Source of the DNA: a virus
DNA: 64,000 nt
IMG/VR virus record: IMGVR_UViG_3300020048_000068
Span: 1-64,000 of that record
Direction: 5' to 3' (one strand)
In this document: positions 19,868 through 29,047 of the stretch, one piece after another
Numbering within the stretch: the first letter of the stretch is position 1
How the letters are laid out: each line of letters starts with the position of its first letter
The notes under the pieces: model-generated
Seen by the model: the letters and a program-made list of their open reading frames with translations, nothing else
What the model was told of the DNA's origin: nothing
Database searches by the model: none
Program-made: the position numbers and the translations under genes

Positions 19868-20176
19868 TGAATATTTTAGCTGAACATATAAAAATATTAC
19901 AATTTTTTAACTGTAGTGATAAAATTATTTGTGATTACTTAGTTTATAAAGTAAGCAGTTATTATACTAAACCTATACTTACCGAATCGTATTTACAAAA
20001 AAATCATAAAAAAACTTAATAAAAAATAGGTGATCCAATAATATTTAAATCGTGAGAAACTATAGCAGAATTAGATCAATTAATTTATGATTATGAAATA
20101 GCAGATTCATTGGGTGGATTAGGTGGTACAGATATTATAAAAATAAAAGAAGAAATAACAATTTTTTTAAACAACG

Positions 20177-21484
20177 ATGAAAACATCATTATCTAAAAAT
20201 CCAGATATTAATTATTTGGCTAAAGTAATACAGATAAAAAATATTAGAAAACATAATAATGCTGATAGACTTCAAATAACAGAAGTAGATTTTAATAGTA
20301 TTATTACAGGAATGGATGCTAAAGTAGGAGATATTTATGTCTATTTTCCAGTAGAATGTCAAATTAATAATGAATATCTAACATATACTAATTCTTATGA
20401 TAAACCTGAATTAAACAAAGATGGTAAAAGTAAAGGTTTCTTTTCATCTAAATGTAGAGTTAAAGCTTTAACATTAAGAAGTGAGAAATCTATGGGTTAC
20501 ATAGTACCTATAAGTACTATAGAAGAATTTATTAATAATAAAGTAGAATATGTTCTTAATGAAGAATTTGATACTATAGGTGATATTAGAATATGTAGAA
20601 AATATATTCCTTTATGTGATAAAATTCCCAGTGACCCAGTAATTAAAGTAGTAAAAGAAAAAAAGAAACTACAAAGTAGATTAATTGATAAACAATTTCG
20701 TCTTCATAATGATACTACTAAATTAGGTAGGAATATTTATAAGATAGATCCTACAACATATATAGGTGTTCATTACAAGAAACATGGAACATCTTTTGTA
20801 TGTGGTAATCTTCTTGTTAATAAGAAACTTAATTGGGTAGAAAGAGTTATTAAAAAGTTAGGTATTAATGTTGTAGATAAAGAATATGATTTTATTTATT
20901 CTTCTAGAAAAGTAATTAAAAATAAATATCATGATCAGAAAAATTTTAATTACTATAAAGAAGATATCTGGAAAGATGTAATGGAAGAAATCAAAGATAG
21001 AATCCCTAAAGGATTTACTATCTATGGTGAGATTCTTGGTTATTTAAAGGACGGTAAAGAAATACAAAAAGATTATGATTATGGTGCTGAAAAAGGTAAA
21101 CATATATTCTATGTATATAGAATTACTATTACTAACATAGATGGTTCTGTAATTGAATTAGATGATTTACAAATTCAACAATTCTGTGATAAATTTGGAC
21201 TTAATTATAGTAATACATTTATGTATTATGGTGAAGCTCAAAATTTATTTAATATACCTATAGACGAAAATTGGAGAGATAAATTTGTTGAAAAACTTAC
21301 AGAAACATATCTTGAAGGAAATTGTTGGATGTGTAAGAATAAAGTTCCAGCAGAAGGAATTGTAGTAAGAATACAAAATGCTTTTTATTATGAAGCATAT
21401 AAATTAAAAAGTTTCAAATTTCTTAAAAAAGAAACTGAAACTTTAGACTTAGAAATAGTAAATATAGAAGATGATGAAGAATAA
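20177..21484 (+). CDS. ATP-dependent RNA ligase (Rnl2/DRB0094-like) with N-terminal OB-like domain
   Basis: H.NADRL N-terminus; motif I KKHGTS, IYGE, F.VY, EGIVVR, KLKS. Confidence 0.85.
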   Translation: MKTSLSKNPDINYLAKVIQIKNIRKHNNADRLQITEVDFNSIITGMDAKVGDIYVYFPVECQINNEYLTYTNSYDKPELNKDGKSKGFFSSKCRVKALTLRSEKSMGYIVPISTIEEFINNKVEYVLNEEFDTIGDIRICRKYIPLCDKIPSDPVIKVVKEKKKLQSRLIDKQFRLHNDTTKLGRNIYKIDPTTYIGVHYKKHGTSFVCGNLLVNKKLNWVERVIKKLGINVVDKEYDFIYSSRKVIKNKYHDQKNFNYYKEDIWKDVMEEIKDRIPKGFTIYGEILGYLKDGKEIQKDYDYGAEKGKHIFYVYRITITNIDGSVIELDDLQIQQFCDKFGLNYSNTFMYYGEAQNLFNIPIDENWRDKFVEKLTETYLEGNCWMCKNKVPAEGIVVRIQNAFYYEAYKLKSFKFLKKETETLDLEIVNIEDDEE

Positions 21485-21625
21485 ATTTATACAATATATA
21501 TTAGATAGTAAGTTTTATATCTATATATATGACAAACTTAGTGATATGTTTATACAATTACGTATATGGTGGGTATTTAGAGATAAATACCTATCTAAAG
21601 ATTTAATAACACAACAGTATCTTAA

Positions 21626-21949
21626 ATGGAGAATGTAATAATTTCGGATAATATAATAGTTTCGAATACGATTAAATGTAAATCATGTAATGATATCATT
21701 TATTCTGCGCATAGACATGATTTTAAAACTTGTAACTGTAAAGCAGTCAGTGTAGATGGTGGAGTAGATTATCTTAAAAGAGTAGGAGATATAGGAAACA
21801 TAGAAGAGCTATCTATTATTATGAATAAAGAAATAATAGATAATTGTATAAAAGCTGTTGATTGGAGTAAAGAAACGGGAAGAAATAGTAGAGGGACTGT
21901 TTACGCAGTTCTTCGAGTATTAAGAGACCATAAACTAATAACATATTAA
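21626..21949 (+). CDS. zinc-binding phage protein
   Basis: CKSC..I.S.HRHDF..C.C..VSVDGG..YLKR. Confidence 0.7.
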   Translation: MENVIISDNIIVSNTIKCKSCNDIIYSAHRHDFKTCNCKAVSVDGGVDYLKRVGDIGNIEELSIIMNKEIIDNCIKAVDWSKETGRNSRGTVYAVLRVLRDHKLITY

Positions 21950-21950
21950 T

Positions 21951-22190
21951 GTGAAAAGATATAAAATTAAAATAATAAGTTCTAATAATAACGAACTATG
22001 GTTTACTAAATATAAAACATTTGATGTTTCAGAATCAAATGTGAGAATCTTTAATCGTTTAAATCATGTTACAAGTTGTATAAATACATCTTCTTGTTTT
22101 ACATGGCAAAATAATAATACTAATATTATTATAATTGAAGAAGAAGTGGTAGTATTATATAAAAAAGAAACAACTTATGTTAAAAGGTAA
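21951..22190 (+). CDS. hypothetical protein
   Basis: 79-aa ORF with GTG start. Confidence 0.45.
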   Translation: MKRYKIKIISSNNNELWFTKYKTFDVSESNVRIFNRLNHVTSCINTSSCFTWQNNNTNIIIIEEEVVVLYKKETTYVKR

Positions 22191-22461
22191 AGTAGAAACT
22201 GTTTATACATGGGACGATGTAGAAGCAACTCTTAACTCTATTATGGGTAAAGAAGATAAAGACCTCTGGGATTTTTGGCTAAATGATATTCTTTTTTGTG
22301 AAATTATTAATGGTTGTATAATTAGATATTGGTTTGAATTTAGTACAAATATGCAAGGTGTCTTTAAAAAAAACCATAAAGAAAAAATATATAAAGCATT
22401 AAAAACATTACATGATGAACTTGATAATCCTGAATCTATATTAATTGAATATTCTTGGTAA
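22177..22461 (+). CDS. hypothetical protein
   Basis: 94-aa ORF. Confidence 0.6.
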   Translation: MLKGKVETVYTWDDVEATLNSIMGKEDKDLWDFWLNDILFCEIINGCIIRYWFEFSTNMQGVFKKNHKEKIYKALKTLHDELDNPESILIEYSW

Positions 22462-22467
22462 ATAAAT

Positions 22468-22887
22468 ATGAATGAAGCAGTACAAAAGTTACTACAAGAA
22501 AGATATTACTTAGAAGGTGAAACTACTTGGGATGATATTGCTAAAAGAGTAGGAGATATATATTCTCCTATCTATGAAGATATTAGAGATATGAAGTTTA
22601 TACCTTCTACACCAACACTTATGAATGCAAATACTAAGGGTAAACGTAAAGGAACCCTTAGTAGTTGTTTTATATTAGGTTTAGAAGATAGTATAGAAGG
22701 TATTGCTGATGCTATGAAAGAGACTATGATTGTGACTAAAGCATCAGGTGGTGTAGGTCATGTATATAGTAATCTAAGAGCAAGTGGTGAAATTATCAAA
22801 TCACTTAATAGACCAAGTAGTGGACCAATTCCTTTTCTAAAGATATTTAACAGTATTCTTGATGGAGTAAGTCAAGGTGGTGCGCGT
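22468..22887 (+). CDS. nrdJ: Class II (B12-dependent) ribonucleotide reductase, exon 1
   Basis: ERY, FIPSTPTLMNA, LSSCF, GGVG...S.LR, SGP, QGGAR. Confidence 0.9.
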
Positions 22888-24027
22888 TAATTCCTTGGCG
22901 CGCTTAAAATCTGGTCAATTGCTGGAATATCCTTATAGTCATATAAACTACAAAGTAATCTGTAAAGATAAGCTTGAATGTTTGAAAATTATATGAATTG
23001 GACAATCAGCAGCCGAGTTTCTTTAGTAATAAAGAAAAAGGTTCAGAGACTAAATGAAATTTCCTTATATTGTTATACAGATAAGAAAAAAGTAATTGCA
23101 ACGAAAGTTGTTGAACCAGATATGTTTTATGAAATACAAAGAAATAATAACAAAAGAATTTTTAGAAGATTTATATATAAAAAAAGAATTATCTATTAAT
23201 GAAATATCAAAAATAACTCCTTATAGTAGGCCAACTTTGGTTAAATATATGAGATATTATAATATGGAAATAGATAATGCTGGTAAAAAAGGAAGAATCA
23301 AAAGTATAAAATCAAACGATTTAAACATTAATTATTTTGATAATATTGATGAAGATGCTAAAGCATACATACTTGGATTCTTACTTGGTGATGGTTATAT
23401 AATTAGAGAAAGAATAAATATAACCGTTGCATTAGAAGATGAAGATATCATAAAACAAATATCCGAAAAATTATCAGCAGAAGAATATATAAGTTATAGT
23501 AAGTATAAATCTAAAAATAGAAATGAGCAAGATAAATGTACATTACGATTTAGAAGAACAGAAATGTCAGAAAAAATACACAACATAGGAATACCTTATT
23601 CTCCTAAATCAGGAAAAGAAACATTTATTAACTTTAATAATGATCTTACTTGGAGCTTTATTAGAGGAGTATTTGATGCTGATGGTTGTGTAAGAGTTTA
23701 CGAGAGAGATAATTTTAGAAAGTATAAATTATCTTTTAGTATAGGAGAATTATTTTGTAATGGTTTAAGAAAATTCTTAGAAAACCAAAATATAATATTA
23801 CCTCCAAAATGTATTCGTAAAATTCCTGGAACTTTTGTTTTTGAAGTTGCTTCTAAAAATTTACTTGAGTTATTTAAGTTAAAAATGTATGAAAATTCAA
23901 CTATACATTTGAAAAGAAAGAAAATTGTATTTGATAAAATGTAATGATATAGTCCGATCTTTATAGAGATATAAAGAGATATACAGAAATGATATATCCT
24001 AAATAGAAATATTTAGTAACAACAATG
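22888..24027 (+). ncRNA. Group I intron in nrdJ
   Basis: P1 GCGCGU/GCGCGC with U.G at the splice site; P10 UUCCUU pairs with exon-2 AAGGGA; P aattgctggaa, Q aatcagcagcc, R gttcagagacta, S gatatagtcc; terminal G24027; restores QGGAR|KGAGM. Confidence 0.92.
23129..23944 (+). CDS. Intron-encoded double-motif LAGLIDADG homing endonuclease (start probably ATG 23129)
   Basis: YILGFLLGDG and FIRGVFDADG motifs, N-terminal HTH-like segment; lies between intron R and S elements. Confidence 0.88.
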   Translation: MKYKEIITKEFLEDLYIKKELSINEISKITPYSRPTLVKYMRYYNMEIDNAGKKGRIKSIKSNDLNINYFDNIDEDAKAYILGFLLGDGYIIRERINITVALEDEDIIKQISEKLSAEEYISYSKYKSKNRNEQDKCTLRFRRTEMSEKIHNIGIPYSPKSGKETFINFNNDLTWSFIRGVFDADGCVRVYERDNFRKYKLSFSIGELFCNGLRKFLENQNIILPPKCIRKIPGTFVFEVASKNLLELFKLKMYENSTIHLKRKKIVFDKM

Positions 24028-25848
24028 AAGGGAGCTGGTATGGCTCAATTTGATATTTATCATAAAGATATTCTTAAGGTAATTAGATTAAAAGAGATAG
24101 AAGGTAATCTTGAAAGACTTAATATTAGTATTAGAATACCAGATCAATTTTATAAAGATCTAAAAGAGAATCCTGATAAATTACATATTGAAGGATTTAC
24201 TACTCAAGATATATGGAATGAAATCATAGATAAAGCATGGAAAAGTGGTGATCCGGGTATATTTAATTCTGATATTGCTTATAGACAGTGTACAACTACT
24301 AACTTAAGTGATATAGTAGCATCAAACCCTTGCGCTGAGTACGTTAACATTCCGTATAGTAGTTGTAATCTAGGTAGTATTAATTTAACTAAGTTTGTAA
24401 CAAGAGATAAACAGTTTGATTGGGGTGATTTTGAACAGACAGTTAAATTAGCAACAAGATTCCTTGATAGTGTTATTGATGTTAATGATTATCCTTTAGA
24501 TAAAATTAAAGAAGTAACTCAGATGATTAGACCTATTGGGTTAGGTGTATTTGGGTTAGGTCATTTACTTTATTTACTTGAAATACCATATAATTCAGAA
24601 GAAGGATTAGAGTTAATAGATGATATAATTTATGGTTTAACTATTGAATCTATATATGAATCAACCTATTTAGCTAAAGAAAAAGGTAGTTCTTATCCTA
24701 CTTTTGATAAAGATTTATTCTTTAAAGCTAATGAGAGAATCTTTAAAAAATTAACTTTTGATGATTTAAAGGCACAGATAAAAATTTACGGCATTCGTAA
24801 TTCATGTTTTACTTCCATAGCTCCCACAGGTACTATATCATATTTAGCAGGTCAATTATCAGGTGGTATTGAACCAGTATATGCTTTAGCTTATAGTAGA
24901 AGGATAGAAAAAGAAAATAAAGAATACGAAACTGTATATATTACTGATTCTATATTTGAACAATGGTTAGATAAATATATTAGTGATCCAAAATTACTAT
25001 GTTATGATAATCTATTAAGTAATAAAGACATTAAACAGATAATTCTTGATAAGATATGTAAGAATAATGGTTCATGTCAAGGAATAGATGAAATACCAGA
25101 GTATTATCAAAAAGTATTTGTTACAGCACATGATCTTACACCTAATGAACATTTAGATGTATTAGGTATTGTAGCTAAGAATACATCTTTATCTGTAAGT
25201 AAAACTATTAATCTACCTAAGACTGCTACAAGAAAAGATATTAGTAATATTTATATTAGAGCACATGAATTAGGAATAATTGGAGTTACTGTGTATAGAG
25301 ATGGTTGTAGATCACAGATACTTAATTCATCTAGTGAAGTTAAAGTAAAAGAAATTACTTCTTCTCATGCACCTAAAAGACCTAAATCATTAGATGCACA
25401 TTTCTATCCTATTACTGTTAAAGGTAATAAATTTGGTGTTATAGTAGGATTACTTGAAGGTAAACCTTATGAAATATTCTGTATGCCTGAACCTCTTAGA
25501 TTAAAAGAATGTACAGGTGTCATTATTAAATTTGCTAAAGGTCAATATAATTTTGTATCCGATAATACTGAGATTAGAAATATACATATTAGTAGTGAAT
25601 TAGAAAGAAGTATTACAATTTTAACTTCACAATTATTAAGACATGGTGTTGAATTAAAGTATATTATTAATACTATTGATAAAGTAGGTAATAGTATTGT
25701 TGATTTTAGTTCAGCTATTAGAAGAGTATTAAGTAAATACTTGGATAAAGAAGTAATTAAGGATGTATGTCCTGATTGTGGAGGTATTGTAGTCAGAAGT
25801 GGAGGTTGTTCTACATGTCAAGATTGTGGTAAAAGTCGTTGTGAATAA
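24028..25848 (+). CDS. nrdJ: Class II ribonucleotide reductase, exon 2
   Basis: NPCAE, CNLGSINL, RPIGLG, IAPTGTIS, GIEP, SKTINLP, TVYRDG, C-terminal CPDCG..C..C..CG..RC; spliced product about 746 aa; no nrdB nearby. Confidence 0.9.
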   Translation, partial: KGAGMAQFDIYHKDILKVIRLKEIEGNLERLNISIRIPDQFYKDLKENPDKLHIEGFTTQDIWNEIIDKAWKSGDPGIFNSDIAYRQCTTTNLSDIVASNPCAEYVNIPYSSCNLGSINLTKFVTRDKQFDWGDFEQTVKLATRFLDSVIDVNDYPLDKIKEVTQMIRPIGLGVFGLGHLLYLLEIPYNSEEGLELIDDIIYGLTIESIYESTYLAKEKGSSYPTFDKDLFFKANERIFKKLTFDDLKAQIKIYGIRNSCFTSIAPTGTISYLAGQLSGGIEPVYALAYSRRIEKENKEYETVYITDSIFEQWLDKYISDPKLLCYDNLLSNKDIKQIILDKICKNNGSCQGIDEIPEYYQKVFVTAHDLTPNEHLDVLGIVAKNTSLSVSKTINLPKTATRKDISNIYIRAHELGIIGVTVYRDGCRSQILNSSSEVKVKEITSSHAPKRPKSLDAHFYPITVKGNKFGVIVGLLEGKPYEIFCMPEPLRLKECTGVIIKFAKGQYNFVSDNTEIRNIHISSELERSITILTSQLLRHGVELKYIINTIDKVGNSIVDFSSAIRRVLSKYLDKEVIKDVCPDCGGIVVRSGGCSTCQDCGKSRCE

Positions 25849-25866
25849 AAAATATTTATAATAATA

Positions 25867-25898
25867 TTTGCGAAATCACAAAATGTTTTGTATATTTG
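25867..25898 (+). promoter_or_regulatory. Bacteroidota housekeeping-sigma promoter (-33/-7)
   Basis: TTTG(25867-70)-N20-TATATTTG(25891-98), exact match to TTTG/TAnnTTTG. Confidence 0.7.
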
Positions 25899-25931
25899 TG
25901 TCATAACTCATTAATTAAAATAATTAATTTT

Positions 25932-27071
25932 ATGACACAAATTGAATTAAGTGATTTACATAGTGAATCTTATATTGATATTAAGAAAAGTGGCATATAT
26001 ACTATAAGTTTTAAAAATAAATCTGAAAAATATTATGTAGGTAGTACAAAATCTACTCAAGGATTTGCTAAAAGATGGAGATCACACTTAAGTAGTTTAA
26101 AAAGAAATATTCATCATAGTACAAAATTACAACGTGCTTTTAATAAATATAAACTTGAAAATATAATTTTTAAAATTATAGAATTAATAGAAGACGATGA
26201 TTGTATTAATAAAGAACAATTTTGGATTGATCACTTTGATAGTTTTAAAAATGGTTATAATTCTTTAGCTAAAAGTTATTTTGTACCTTCAAAATGGAAA
26301 CATAAAGAAGAAATTAAACAATTTTATAGAGAACGAATGTTAGGAGATAAAAATCCTAATTTTGGTAAAAAACTTACAGAGAAACAAAAATTATTAAGAA
26401 AGCAGTCACGTTGTATTCCAATATTACAATTAGATAATTATGGTGATATTATTAATGAATATTGTTCGATGGCTGAAGCAGGTAAAGCGATAAATAGTTG
26501 TTCTGGAACTATATGTAGAGCTATTAAAAATAAAAATAAAGTAAAAGGTTTTTATTGGATAAAAAAAGAAAATGTGTCTGAAAATATTCAAATGAGTAAA
26601 TTAATTATAGAACAAGATTTTATTAAAAATCCACCTAAGGACAAATTAGGAAAAGTTTATCAGTTGGATATTAATTTTAATTTAATAAATACATTTGAAT
26701 CATGTAGAGAAGCAAGTTTATTTATTAATATAGATTATTCTAATATGAATAGAGTTTTAAGAGGAATTCATTTGCAATGTAAAGATTATTTTTTTATTAA
26801 AGAATCTAATTATAATGATTTATATATAAATGAATTGAAAGAAAAATATATTCAAAAACAAGAAATGATGAAACTTAAATTAAAAATAAATAGACAATCT
26901 AATGAAAATAAAAAAATAAAACAGTATGATTTAAATAATAATTTTATTAGAGATTGGGATAGTATAAAAGAAGCAGGGGAAATTTTACACTTAGATGGAG
27001 GTGGAATTAGTAGAGCTTGTAGAACTAAATCACAACGATGTGGACAATTTATTTGGAAATACGATGTTTGA
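25932..27071 (+). CDS. Free-standing GIY-YIG homing endonuclease with NUMOD3/NUMOD1-type repeats (start probably ATG 25932)
   Basis: SGIY...YVGST, RW..H, LQRAFNKY, EQFWID, GYN; NPNFGKK; three Q.D...I..F/W.S..EA repeats. Confidence 0.88.
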   Translation: MTQIELSDLHSESYIDIKKSGIYTISFKNKSEKYYVGSTKSTQGFAKRWRSHLSSLKRNIHHSTKLQRAFNKYKLENIIFKIIELIEDDDCINKEQFWIDHFDSFKNGYNSLAKSYFVPSKWKHKEEIKQFYRERMLGDKNPNFGKKLTEKQKLLRKQSRCIPILQLDNYGDIINEYCSMAEAGKAINSCSGTICRAIKNKNKVKGFYWIKKENVSENIQMSKLIIEQDFIKNPPKDKLGKVYQLDINFNLINTFESCREASLFINIDYSNMNRVLRGIHLQCKDYFFIKESNYNDLYINELKEKYIQKQEMMKLKLKINRQSNENKKIKQYDLNNNFIRDWDSIKEAGEILHLDGGGISRACRTKSQRCGQFIWKYDV

Positions 27072-27119
27072 AATATGCATGGCGTGTAGTTTTTCTAAGT
27101 GTAATTAAAATAACAACTT

Positions 27120-27335
27120 ATGATACCAATTAGTAAAATAAAAAAAGATATGACTTTTGATCGACCTTATGATTCACTTGTTTATCTTGTAATTGATGTT
27201 GATGAAAAAGAAAAATCTATTCTTTTACAACCATTTAGAAAAACAAATTGTGAGTTATTTGGTAATTCTTTTTGGGTTAAGAATACACATAGACTTATAG
27301 AAGAAAAATATAAATATGATGGAGCTTGTGTATGA
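27120..27335 (+). CDS. hypothetical protein
   Basis: 71-aa ORF. Confidence 0.55.
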   Translation: MIPISKIKKDMTFDRPYDSLVYLVIDVDEKEKSILLQPFRKTNCELFGNSFWVKNTHRLIEEKYKYDGACV

Positions 27336-27571
27336 ATAATAAAAAAATGTTTCATGTTCATTATGCTGAAATGGACGATGATTCATGGTATAGTTCTTTT
27401 AGTATGGGTTTAACAGCAACTGAGATAATTAATAAATTTGCTAAACATTATAATTATAATATTATAAGTATAAGACCAGATTTTACAGAAAATCAATTAA
27501 CTGCTTATGGAAAAGATGAAGATTTATATGAATGGTGTTTCATTGTATGTAAAATAGAGGAGGATTTTTAA
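27326..27571 (+). CDS. hypothetical protein
   Basis: 81-aa ORF. Confidence 0.55.
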   Translation: MCMNNKKMFHVHYAEMDDDSWYSSFSMGLTATEIINKFAKHYNYNIISIRPDFTENQLTAYGKDEDLYEWCFIVCKIEEDF

Positions 27572-27595
27572 ACCTAAAGAATTAAAAGAAGAAAA

Positions 27596-28144
27596 ATGCA
27601 ACTAGTAATTGAAAGATTAGATACTGATGTAGAATCACCTGTATATGCTTTTGATAAAGGTACAAGTGGATTTGATTTGATACCTACTGACTTAATTAAA
27701 CTCTATAATGGTCAACAAGAATTGCCAGAAAAAGAGTTTCATAAAAGAATACAATATTCTTATCAAGGAAACTCATCTGAACCTATTGATAATATTATCT
27801 TAGCACCATTTGAAAGAGCTCTATTTAAAACAAGACAACAATTTGTTATCCCTGAAGGTTACGAGATTCAAATTAGACCTAAGAGTGGTATTACTCTTAA
27901 AACTGGTATATTTGTTAGTCTAGGCAGTATAGATCAGTCGTATTTTGGAGATTTGTCTATCTCTGTTTACAATTCTAATAATCAAAATGTTTCTATCGAA
28001 TTAGGTCATAAACCATTAGCTCAAGGTGTTCTTTGTAAAGTTGAAAGAGCATTATTTAATACAATTTCTAAAGAAAGATTTGATGAATATGAACATAAAA
28101 GCGAAAGAGGAACTGCGGGATTTGGTAGTACTACTAAAGAATAA
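27596..28144 (+). CDS. dut: trimeric dUTPase
   Basis: SGFDL, IRPKSG, GSIDQSYFG, LAQ, RGTAGFGST. Confidence 0.93.
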   Translation: MQLVIERLDTDVESPVYAFDKGTSGFDLIPTDLIKLYNGQQELPEKEFHKRIQYSYQGNSSEPIDNIILAPFERALFKTRQQFVIPEGYEIQIRPKSGITLKTGIFVSLGSIDQSYFGDLSISVYNSNNQNVSIELGHKPLAQGVLCKVERALFNTISKERFDEYEHKSERGTAGFGSTTKE

Positions 28145-28796
28145 AGTAATAAACTTCTTTACTCAACATGATATTGTTGGTATTGTATTACCAGTACTGT
28201 TTATAATGGGAAGTATTATTTTTACTTTAAAAGGCTGTAGTAAAACTAATTATTCTCCTGATTTTGTAAGCGCATTACAAGATAGTTTACATACAGAAAG
28301 AAATAGTAAAGGTGAATTACTTACCTTTATAAGCGTTCTACAGACACAGAATAGTAAAGATGTACTTGATATCAAAACTAAAGATAAAACCTTACTACGT
28401 CTACAAGCGGCACTAAAGACGGCACGTAAGGGCAATGTTACTGTAGTAGAAACTAATACTGTTATACATGGAGCATTAACTTTAGATTCAACTAAGACTA
28501 AGTTTAACTTTGAAGATAAATGGGTTTCTCTGAAAGGAGAGACCTATCCTAATCCTCAATTTGATCTTATAGTAGTTAATGAACCTGTTATTAAACAATA
28601 CATTAAAGATGGTAAAATGGTAGCAGAATATAGTGATAGTAATCCTTATGTAAACGTAAAGAATATGAAATCATTTAGTCCTTTACCTAAGAAAACACTT
28701 CTTGATAAGATTAAAGTTGGCCCCAGTATTACTTGGACACCTTTATCTGGAGGAGGATTTCAACCAGGATTCTCTGTAATTTATTCTTTATATTAA
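28026..28796 (+). CDS. membrane-anchored protein, possibly spanin-like (true start probably downstream)
   Basis: Hydrophobic segment then LKGC; coiled-coil; C-terminal GFSVIYSLY. Confidence 0.5.
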   Translation: MFFVKLKEHYLIQFLKKDLMNMNIKAKEELRDLVVLLKNKVINFFTQHDIVGIVLPVLFIMGSIIFTLKGCSKTNYSPDFVSALQDSLHTERNSKGELLTFISVLQTQNSKDVLDIKTKDKTLLRLQAALKTARKGNVTVVETNTVIHGALTLDSTKTKFNFEDKWVSLKGETYPNPQFDLIVVNEPVIKQYIKDGKMVAEYSDSNPYVNVKNMKSFSPLPKKTLLDKIKVGPSITWTPLSGGGFQPGFSVIYSLY

Positions 28797-29000
28797 ATGA
28801 CTTATTCAATTCCAGAAATTACTTTTAAAGGTAATGATATTCTATTAGCTACCTTTCTAAGAAGATACTTAGATAAAGCTAAAAGAGTTCCGGGATATGA
28901 GAATCAAGTAAAGTATATAGAAGGAGTATTAGAGGATATAAGAGTTGCGTATAGTAATGGTATGATACCAATTATACCAAAAATAAGAGAGCAGCTTTAA
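28797..29000 (+). CDS. hypothetical protein
   Basis: 67 aa, last gene of the + block. Confidence 0.55.
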   Translation: MTYSIPEITFKGNDILLATFLRRYLDKAKRVPGYENQVKYIEGVLEDIRVAYSNGMIPIIPKIREQL

Positions 29001-29020
29001 TTAGCTGCTCTCTTATTTTT
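28979..29020. terminator. bidirectional terminator at the convergence of the two gene blocks
   Basis: Perfect 18-bp inverted repeat AAAAATAAGAGAGCAGCT-ttaatt-AGCTGCTCTCTTATTTTT with T-tracts on both strands. Confidence 0.85.
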
Positions 29021-29047
29021 TTCTCCTTTAATTAGATAGTATATTAG

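Noticed and set aside
19867-20176. Gap before the RNA ligase as a possible ncRNA
   Set aside because: Looks like short or decayed ORF fragments; no convincing stems.
22978-23199. 73-aa ORF inside the nrdJ intron
   Set aside because: Overlaps the conserved Q/R ribozyme elements and the endonuclease start; no protein features.
331-28435. Short - strand ORFs within the + block (331-621, 5424-5606, 7916-8191, 16438-16686, 28250-28435)
   Set aside because: Fully overlap well-supported + strand genes and have no motifs.
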